This document shows positions 1-10,055 of a DNA stretch of 64,000 nt, piece by piece. The notes under the pieces were generated by a model. That model saw nothing but the letters and a program-made list of their open reading frames with translations, ran no database searches and had not been told where the DNA came from. A program made the position numbers and the translations under genes. The stretch comes from Antedon mediterranea (lineage: Eukaryota; Animalia; Echinodermata), in contig NC_092679.1 of the NCBI RefSeq assembly GCF_964355755.1, forward strand, positions 18,211,432 to 18,275,431, given 5' to 3'. How positions within the stretch are numbered: position 1 is the stretch's first letter; each line of letters starts with the position of its first letter.

Positions 1-80
1 TATCATTTGATCATATCATTTCCATATTTGGGCAATCACACTTCTTTTGTCAAACTAGTTTGATAGTGTAGACAGAGCTT
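1..80. mobile_element. MITE family A, right end, truncated by the window edge
   Basis: caaactagtttgatagtgtagacagagctt matches the TIR of the copies at 20602, 44794, 48474 and 56583. Confidence 0.8.
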
Positions 81-1386
81 AAGTTATCTAGTACCCTAGT
101 AAGTTTGTTTCATGACCATATTTATTGGTAACTTTAATGGGTAGGCACCCAAGAAAATAACTCAGGCTGAAAAAGCATGTAATGGATTAAATATGAATGT
201 TAACAGTACACCTAGTAATATACAATGGTAATCATTGCAATACTGCGTATATTATTTATCTCTATCACAAGCTTTTGCTTTTTTTGATCATTTGCCCTTC
301 TTCTTTCCAACCTTATTAAATGTATAACTTTTGAATGTACAGTGAGTAATATAAAAGAAAAAAAAAATTAGCTTATACAGTACTTGAAATGAAAGCGCAC
401 CTGTAAGTACAGTAAAGGAGACCTGCAAAGGTGTGAACACATGTGTAACACCTGGCTGATAACAAGTCAGGATTGTGCTGTAAAGTTCAACACCTTCTGC
501 TGATGATTATCGTTCAGGAATAAAGACGCTATACTGCTATTACAGCATTACCATTAAACAGAGATTAGTGAGAATTCGCACTGTTAGGATTACACAAATT
601 ATAAGATCTTTATCTTAAGCACTACAATTAATCATCAACAATTAACTTTACTATATTTCTTATAAATATTAATCCTTGTTTATAATATAAATGGGGTTAG
701 TTAATCCTAGATATGAATCTTTTGATTATTAAGCTCTTTTGAATTGAAAATAGGATATAATTATGTTTGTTTAATGTATTTGTACTGTACTTCACCTATA
801 AACTCATAATACTATTGTAAATTGGTTTAGCAGCTTTTGGGGCGAGCTTATGGCAACCTAATCGTAATTTTTGATTTGAATTTATTAGGAAAATCATCAT
901 AAAAAATACATACAAAGTGATAAAATAAATTACTGACATTACAAATAATACATTTATAAAATATTTTCAAGTATAACCCAAAGAGCTTATTTCCATTACA
1001 AAAATATCAAATACAGAATCTACCAAAAAAATGAGAAGAGAGCTGTTGAAGTTTAATAATGGTTTTCTTTCTCATAAATTTAATTAGACAGTTACAAGAG
1101 GCAACATGTAAGTGATCTTTTTTATTCTCAACATCATGTATAGTTTTTTAATATTAGCTTTTATGAAATTTAACTTATTGTACTGTATATATTGTCATAA
1201 ATTTTAAGTTGGGACTTGCAAACTATATAGCTTTATTGACTCTCATAGAAGCCCCAGACGTTTTTGTTATAAACAAATAAATGAAATTTCCACACATAGC
1301 ACTCTTAAAAACAAACAATTGTGATAACTAAAATGAAATTGGATTTTTAAAATATTATTAATAAATATATGTTAAGGTAAACTCAC

Positions 1387-4300
1387 CATATTCATCATCT
1401 TGAGCTGGGGATAAGTTTCCTGAGTGGCCTAGCTGGGGTAGAGCTACGGTTAGAAGTCCGGGTAAGCCTTGCTGTCGACGAATTTGTTCTCTCCTTGCTG
1501 AAATAATAAAATACAACTTTGAAATTACATTACATACGACCAACCAAGGCAATCTAACAGAATACTGAGCTCGCCTTGCCAAGATAGGCGCTTGTAACAG
1601 CCTTAGGATCTTAGGAAATTCATACTAGTTAGGCTATTACAGTACCAAGTACATTATTCTCCAGTTTCTGTTACAAGGGGCGTAGAACTGATTGTGTCGC
1701 AGGTACACATAAAACCTTTGATCCAGTGGGGCTGAGCAATACAACTTTGAAATTACATTACATACGACCAACCAAGGCAATCTAACAGAATACTGAGCTC
1801 ACCTTGCCAAGATAGGCGCTTGTAACAGCCTTAGGATCTTAGGAAATTCATACTAGTTAGGCTATTACAGTACCAAGTACATTATTCTCCAGTTTCTGTT
1901 ACAAGGGGCGTAGAACTGATTGTGTCGCAGGTACACATAAAACCTTTGATCCAGTGGGGCTGAGCAATACAACTTTGAAATTACATTACATACGACCAAC
2001 CAAGGCAATCTAACAGAATACTGAGCTCGCCTTGCCAAGATAGGCGCTTGTAACAGCCGTAGGATCTTAGGAAATTCATACTAGTTAGGCTATTACAGTA
2101 CCAAGTACATTATTCTCCAGTTTCTGTTACAAGGGGCGTAGAACTGATTGTGTCGCAGGTACACATAAAACCTTTGATCCAGTGGGGCTGAGCATCCTGT
2201 TGTTAAATTGCCTTTGACCAACTAATACTACATTTTAAGATTGTTTGTAGACTGGTTTGTAAGTATTTGATTTGATTAACGGTACAAACCTATTTTGCGA
2301 GACTCAATTTGTTGTGGCGTAAGTATCAACGGCTCTTTACCAGAACGAAAAAATAAAGTTTTACCCATCTTCTCCAGGAATGCTTTTACTAAAAAAGAAT
2401 TAATAATAATTGTACAATAATATTAATATAAATATTTTGTATATCAAAAATATCATAGATGATTGTAAATAGTAGTAACAGCAAAGAGTTGCTGGTATTT
2501 TGTCAGTAGGTCTTACAAATTCAAAAACAGTCTTCAAGACTCTTTTCTTTCATTCATTCATAATGGTATATTTATTAGAAATAATCTTCACTAAATTGTG
2601 ATTGATTTTTATATGATAAAATTTTCAATGTATAACAATATAAATCTAATATACTTTAAAAAGAAAAAAAAGGGGGCACAGCCATAAACAACACATATAA
2701 AAAGCAAGGCAGATCATTTTTATCTGCCTTAATACCAGTAAAAACTAACTGGCCTGAATTCAATTTTACTAGTCATCAATTGTTTCTGTGAAAAATGACT
2801 GGCCAAAAAAGGCCAGTTATAAGGATGATGCTGCCAATCAAGGGTTTTACTGGCCATATTGTCTAGCACACCTGTACAAAATTGATAACTGATGTTACAG
2901 TATGTGATGGTCATACAACAAATAAAGTAACCTTTTTCAAGAACTTCTGTTGAAGTGTATCTCGTCATTGTGATTTCAACTTCTGGAATGGCATACACAG
3001 GATGTAGGAATCGCAGACCTAATGTTTGCTGTAAAATAAAACATTTATTATAAATATATAGCTTGTTGGTTTATATATACTGTATCATCATACAATAGTA
3101 ATCATATATCCCATGTGTTACTAGAATTTGAAATAATTTACCAGGTGAAATATGCAACTTAGATATTTCTGTTAGTTCTTTTAAAACCAAATTATTAAAT
3201 TATCTCAATATTTCCTTTTAAAATAATTTTGATATTGAAAACGTGTGTAGTTGTTCGCTTCCTTGTAGATGCTTTAATTGTAGAACGTAATATTATTTAT
3301 TTTTTTATCTCTTCATTTCTGTGCTCTGTATGTTCTGGGTTGACCAACTATTATAGGTGTTTAGCACCTGTTATGGTCTTTCCTTGTCTCCTTTTATAAC
3401 TGTTTTGTCTTCTTTGTATTGTATATGGCAGAAAATTGAATAAATAAATAAATAAAAACATGCATGCTTATATATCCAGATCTCCTAAGTCTCCCGATAA
3501 TCATGGAAGTTTTTGATATATTAATCATCCTCCCATCTCCTGCTAAGGTACAATTTCTCATATTTGTTTTAAATATGTATTGGAAGAAACATACATTTCC
3601 CTCTTGTCATTTACTGCCTTTGCCATACCTATTGTTTATAGATTCCAATACCTACAATAGCACTCTCTATAGTTTGATGTATTTTTATAGTGCCCTCACT
3701 TGTTTGGCTACTGTATGCTTACATGATATTAAATTTGTCCAAGTTGATTGATTTTATTTATCATAACAGCAGCAACTATGAATACAGATTTCTTTGTAAA
3801 TAAATTGGCAAAATTGAGATGCATTGTGTTCCTAATTATTACGCTGAATTTTGTGTTTGTGGAATAAAAAGCACTTGATATCAGTTTTGGGGCCTAAATG
3901 AACAGGGCCAGTGCAGCGAATGCAGTGGAATGATTTTCTTTATAAGTGACACTATGGTTATTCACAGAGGGGTCTAGGAGACTATACATACCTCTTTATA
4001 TGCTGTTTTTTCCACAATCTCATTAACATCTAAGTATAGAGTGTTTGTAACAAATATCGTTGATGGCCTACACAGGTGCGATGTCCCTAAAACAAGAGTA
4101 TACATTTCCATGAACAACTAATTTAATTATACAGTATATGCTGAGTTACACAGTACTGTATATGTATAAGCATTATTACTCCATGGTATCATTAGAATCT
4201 ACTCATGCCTGACCATGGACTAACAATTAATCTAATTATTACCTTGGCTATTGCACGCCATGTGACCAACAATCGTCCAATCAAATGACAGGAAGTTATT

Positions 4301-7300
4301 TAGGTGTTATATAGTATGTAATAGCTAGATTCTGTTTCAGAATGGTAGATGAAAGAGATGATAATTCAACAGAGTGTGACAATTGTGGAATGTGGATGTA
4401 AAACATGTTCCAGTCGTCACCATCTGTTATACCAAAATGAAAGATCGCCAATATCTTCTCCATGGTCCATTAGAAGCTTCAGTCACTTGAGTTGTACAAA
4501 AAGGGTTATTACATACATACCATGTATCATGAGTCCTTCCTTTTGAATAGGCAAACATTTCATTTCATTTCAAAAGACATTTATTTTCCTCCATAGCAAA
4601 ACAATACAAAATAATAAACAGAAATGGTAAGGTATATTAAAAATGAAATAGATGATTGTTGGATATACAAAAGAAAAGTGAATTTAAGAAAATTAGCTAT
4701 GGAGGAAGGCATAATCCCGAGAAGAACATAAAACTAAAACAATTAAACAAATGATTCTAAAAATCATACTTTCAAATAAATCTTTTTTTATTTCCATATT
4801 GTCGACCACTGCTTCAAAGATGAAGTCAGCATCTTGTACAGCTTCTTCTAGTCTTCCCATACACAAAACCTGGCCCTGAAAAATTAACAAGACTCAATGT
4901 ATTGGTCATAATGGTTACACACTAACGTCTATACCATGTCTGTCCATTGATCATTTAAAGAATAAAATTTTTTTTTTTTCATCCTTTTATGTTATGTATT
5001 AAGCATTTGTATTGTGTTATTTGGAGTTGACCTGTTTCATTATTTTAAGTTGACCTACTTCATTATATATTAAGTTGAAAAAATGATGTCAGCTATTTAT
5101 ATAGAATTGGTATTTCCAAGATAGGCTAGGTAGTTAATAAACAATAAATTTAAAAAAAACTGTAAATCGTACTAAGAACTGCCTCTGTATCATCAACCCA
5201 TCTTTCTTGAGATCTTCTCTGTCACTTTCAAGATTTGAGTAAAGAGCATTCAATGCTCGTGCGTCACTGTCATATACTTTGACCAAGTGTCCATGATATG
5301 CTAAACAACCTAAAAAATTATTATATTTAAAATCAATGATACTGTTGTTGACAGATAAAATATCGTTGGCAGTACTGACCGACATGACTTTCTTAGTGGA
5401 GAAGCATGTAATTGAAATGTGTAACATCTATCAAGTCCACAGTGCATTGAGATGACATTTGTTTGTGGAATCATATGCGCATAATCATATTAACTAACAT
5501 TACTACAGTATTACTTATGCACTTGTCAATTGTATGACCCACTATACGACCCCCGGGAGAGGTGCGTCATTTGTCCGATGTGCGTCATACTTTTGAATAC
5601 CATGACGCACCCGTGCGTCAAAAAGGTGACTTACCTTTTTTTAGGTGACCATGACGCACCCATTTTGACGCACTGTGACCATGTTGTTTATGATATGATG
5701 GGTGGTAAAGTGACGGACATTGACGCACCTTGTTCATTGATGTGACGTACCATCTAGGTTTTTTGACGCACCCCTGCGTCAGTAATTATTTGTAAATGAC
5801 GCACCCATGACGCACCTCTCCCGGGGGTCGTATAGTGAGTCATACAATTGACAAGTGCATTACTAACACCAATAAATCATGTAGTAGAGTTCTATCTACC
5901 TGCTGGTAGGCCTACCACTACCTAACTATTACTAGTAGTACTTTGTGCTAACTGTTTAAAAAATAATAAAATGTTATTCAATCACATTGTCATTGCTTTG
6001 TACATATATATACAATACAATTTAATAATAAATGTAGGTCTAGGCCCTATACTACTAGGCTAGTTATTTTAGTCAGTTGGTATTCACAAAACACAGATAG
6101 CATAGTGATATATGCTCTCCTCCCCACTGCTGGCGGTGTACATCGTGTTCGGCCGCAAACGGTTTCGGCCGCAATGTTTTGAATGCCCATATAAGGCGCT
6201 ATGTATGGAGCGCCAACTATGCATCAACTTCAGTTTGTTCTGCTGGTCTTTTCATTGGGTTATTCCATTCAAAAAATGTGGGTGCATTCTATTCTAACGT
6301 GATCGATCGAAATTGACCGACATAAAATGTACGGCGTATTATATTACTTTCTGTGATATAAGTATTATTTAGAATGCTGTGGTGTGGATATATATACGTT
6401 TATTATTATAATAATTTTCGTAAGAAAATAGGAGGAACAAAATAACATTACAGTATTTCGAAATTCCTTTTTTATAGCGATTTTTGGAAAAATTAATATT
6501 TAGTAAGGCTTGAATTATTTCAGGATTATACAGTTCCACATTAAAACCTACCAACATTGGATTGCGAAAACTCTGAAAAGGCTACTACTGCTATTGTTTT
6601 AAAACAATGAGGGAGTGTCTTGAATTCCATCTTAGACAATGAAGGTGGTGTAGCATGGTTGTTTTTTATTAACATAACAATGAAATGTGTTACGTTTCGT
6701 GTCTTCAATTTGTTGAAGTGTTATTAACAGCAAAGTTAAATATAAAAATAATGGTGAATTATTTTATGTTTTTAATAATTGGAGGGAAGCTAGCTTGCTT
6801 GTTGTATGTGATTAATGGAGATGTTGATATTAATGTTACATTTTATTATGTTATTTATCCAATATTTACTATTTTTATAAATTGTCACGATTGTTGTAAT
6901 TCAGTTTGTTAACTGCAAGAACAATTTAAATAAATAAACCTTGCTTATTATTGTTGTTGCGTCCGTTTTCACTTACATTTCTTTTCTTACGTTATGTTAA
7001 TATAATATGTTCATTATTGGTTTTATATTTATTTTACTCTGTACAGTATTTGTAAAAATAAATGTTAATAAGTTGTGGTATACATTACTGATTCTGATTT
7101 TCAAATGTACAAATTATATGTGGCAAACTTCACCGACATTGATATACAGTACAACAACGATAAATGAAGAAAAACATAATTAAAAGTTAATATTTATTTG
7201 TAAAGTACACACACTCTTCTTCATTATAACTTATAGAAGTGCATATCCTTAAATTAATCTAATGACAGTACTGTATATAACTTGCATTCCTTTCAGTCTT

Positions 7301-9771
7301 AAATATAATCGTTGGGGCACATTTTCCGACCGGTACAAAAATGAAAACATTTCATTTTCTTATGTCATTATTTATAATTCAATCTTTATATAAGAAAAAA
7401 GAAAGCATGATTTTATGTTCAATATCACAAAATACACATTAAATCTCATTTGATTTATAAATAATATTTTGGTGTACTTAGTTAATAATAAAACGTCAGA
7501 TATTTAAGGTAAGGTAAGTGATCTAAGTATAACATCGAAACTTTGCTGTATAATGTCTAATTTCATAACGTGATTCACTAGTTATTACAAAAGTTAGTAA
7601 AAAGACTTTAAAAAAACCAGTTGTTTGTTTGATTTCATCGTAGTGTTACATGAAAAAGGAAATTTTGTAAATATATAATTTTGTGTGTTTTCGCTTCCAT
7701 CGTTATTCATTTTGGTTTGATTTATTACAGTTAGGCCTCTAAAGTTAAAGTTTAAAAGTATAGGCACCTACAAAAAGCGCATGATGACACAAGCGCAGTC
7801 GGTTACTTGCAAGAAGTTTGGCTAAACAATGACCATTATCTATTAATAACGCTTTTAAGTTAGGCGTTTACCGTCACACAATACACACACACAAAATTCG
7901 GTACATTTAAGGATTCTTTTTTTGTAATCGGTAAAACAATAACCGGAGCATGGAGGTCCATGACCGGAGTGCGCGCATCTTTATAAGAGAACCTCATTTT
8001 AGGGAATATTACTTATTTCTGAATTTCCATCTGAATTGTTAACTACACTTTTACTGATTATCTACGAACCATGAACGATTGTATTTGAATGTCGCGAACC
8101 CGTAACGGAACAGCAAGAAGGACCGTTTTGCGAAGAGTGTCAGAGATGGCAACATCGTAGGTGTGACTCAGGAGTGAAAAGAGGAGCAGCGTACAGGTTA
8201 GCCGTCGAAGAGGGTTTTATTGATTGGACATGTAGAGACTGTGCTCCAGAAAACAACGTCCAACCGGTGCCGCAACTAGAGATTTTTCCAGCCGACCTTG
8301 GCGACTTTTTGGAACCAATCGTTCATAGAAGAAGAGGTACTGAATCTTTACCCTGAACCACAACCAATACCAGTGATGCCTGCTGTTGATGATGACATCG
8401 TTACTTATCGGCGATTAGCAGGAACAACAAAACGTGGGAATGTAAGTTCTTAAAATATTTATAATCTATTCTTTGTAAATTTTTTTTTTATTATCGCATT
8501 TTCTTGTGAAAACCAACTTAACCTTCTGTTGTTTCAGGACTCGCTTGTAGACAGTCATGGGTACCAATATACAGAGAAGATTGATAAAAGACGGGCAAAT
8601 ACAACATGGAGATGTTTTCTCAGAAACAAGAATGTGACGTGCAAAGCAACAGTGTTGGAGAAGAATGGAGTTGAAACATTGTGGGACGAGTACCGCGAGG
8701 GCCAACGTAGTGTACGTTCTCAAATGCTTGCCGCGAGTAAACTTATCACTGGCGATGCTCGCGTTGAATAGTGCTAATGTTATGTATGTTAGTTAAATTA
8801 GTTAACAAATTAGTAAAAAATCGTATGTTAGTAATAAACATTAAATATAATTTTTAACTATTTGCAAAATACGTTAGTTAAGAACTTTTGTAAAATAACA
8901 TGTTATTGCTAGAAATAAAGTCAATTTTAATGTATGTAAAGAAGTAAGATATTAGTAAAAATCGTATGTTAGTAATAAACATTAAAAAAGATATTGTTTC
9001 ATTGTTACATTTTAAACTATTTGCAAACTATATTACGTATTAGTTAAGTAGTTTTGTAATATAACATGTTATTACTAGTAATAAAGTCAATTTTAATGCA
9101 TGCTAGTGGTTAGGCCTATATATGAAAAAAACAATTATAAATATAAATGTTATATTATATGTTTATTTATAAAATATGGTAGTTAAGTTAATTCGTTCGT
9201 AAATTCTCAAACTTATAACATGTCTAAATAAAAATACAGGAATTGATAATAAATGTGTTAAGATTGTATATAATAAAATAATTTTCATTTTTCTCTATCT
9301 GTGATGAATCTAACTGTATCTGAAAAGAAATCGTAATATTATATACAATAATACAAATGTAGAGAAAAATCGGTAAAGCAATGCACCCCTATTTTTTTAA
9401 TGGAATAAGCCACGGAGATCGCTAATCTAAACAATGCATTTAATATAAACAATGCAAGCAAGCCTGGCGTTCCATACTAAATACATGCGGCCGAACTCGT
9501 TGGCGGCCGAACACGACGGTATTCCTGCTGGCTAGGCTGCAGAAGCCTACAAATCCAACTACTAGAGAGAACAGTATGGCTAGGCCTAACTGGCTAGGTT
9601 TATGACGGTGTCGCGGAGGACTACAAGTCACGCACATTATCCTTATGATGGACCAAGTTGCTAGTCTCTCTCTAGGCCTAGCCTAAAGTTGGAGATTCTA
9701 ATCTTAATTACTTACTTACCGGCTATTTTGGTTCCTAGAATTCCACATCCTAAAACAGCTACTTTAACCAT
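1387..9771 (-). CDS. 3-hydroxyacyl-CoA dehydrogenase (3HCDH_N / lambda-crystallin-like) NAD-binding-domain protein, 7 exons seen, 3' end not identified
   Basis: Phase-consistent GT-AG exons 9720-9771, 5173-5309, 4770-4875, 3992-4086, 2932-3028, 2290-2388, 1387-1497. Translation MVKVAVLGCGILGTKIAGCLAYHGHLVKVYD...EAVQDADFIFEAVVDNMEIKKDLFE...IFVTNTLYLDV...GLRFLHPVYAIPEVEI...FLEKMGKTLFFRSGKEP has the Rossmann GxGxxG and the ADFIFEAV motif. The last exon ends in a phase-1 GTGAGT donor. Confidence 0.88.
1510..2193. repeat. Tandem triplication of a 228-bp unit
   Basis: Units start at 1510, 1738 and 1966; only about 2 substitutions seen among copies. Confidence 0.95.
5518..5859. mobile_element. MITE with about 50-bp TIRs and TTA target-site duplication (PIF/Harbinger-like)
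   Basis: tgcacttgtcaattgtatgacccactatacgacccccgggagaggtgcgtcat is mirrored at the right end with 1 mismatch. TTA on both sides. About ten internal TGACGCAC motifs. Confidence 0.85.
6135..9524 (+). mobile_element. Non-autonomous Mutator-like (MULE/Phantom-type) DNA transposon in intron 1 of the dehydrogenase-like gene
   Basis: Imperfect TIRs (tcgtgttcggccgc at about 6143; gcggccgaacacga ending about 9516). Flanking 8-bp direct repeat CTGCTGGC at 6127-6134 and 9525-9532. Internal decayed PHD-finger and FLYWCH-like coding remnants. Confidence 0.8.
8071..8771 (+). pseudogene. Decayed transposase gene: PHD finger, FLYWCH-like zinc finger and C-terminal tail; DDE core missing
   Basis: MNDCI[+1 frameshift]ECREPV...CEECQRWQHRRC...WTCRDC is a PHD pattern. 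Intron at about 8442-8537, then DSLVDSHGYQY...WRCFLRNKNVTCKATV (FLYWCH-like) joined directly to LWDEYREGQRS. Confidence 0.75.
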
Positions 9772-10055
9772 CACCTATTTTAAAATCAAACTTAAATAAA
9801 AATAGTGTTTCTAATGTGATTTTAAATTAGCAATTTCCTTGTCGAGTCGTCAAATTGATTGTTTTGAGTTTTCGTTGACATTTGACCTTTGATAGTTGGA
9901 TTTCAGATAGATATTCACACTTGGATATGTATCCTCCATAGTGTTAACTGGTATATTTAAAATTGCTCACGTGTACGTTCAAATAGCCCATACCTAAGAC
10001 ACATAAACAAAAACATTGGATTTTCAAAACGATACGCCGGTGTTATTTTACAAAA
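9772..10055. promoter_or_regulatory. Putative bidirectional promoter
   Basis: Only 284 bp separate the divergent start codons of the dehydrogenase-like gene (9771, -) and CAMKMT (10056, +). Contains a CACGTG E-box at about 9968. Confidence 0.6.

Noticed and set aside
401-499. Possible next exon of the dehydrogenase-like gene (open, phase 1-1, AEGVELYSTIL...)
   Set aside because: Weak acceptor and donor and no recognisable protein motif; cannot be supported.
5826-5846. TATAGTGAGTCATA resembles a reversed T7 promoter (vector contamination)
   Set aside because: Imperfect match that is part of a MITE TIR mirrored at the other end.
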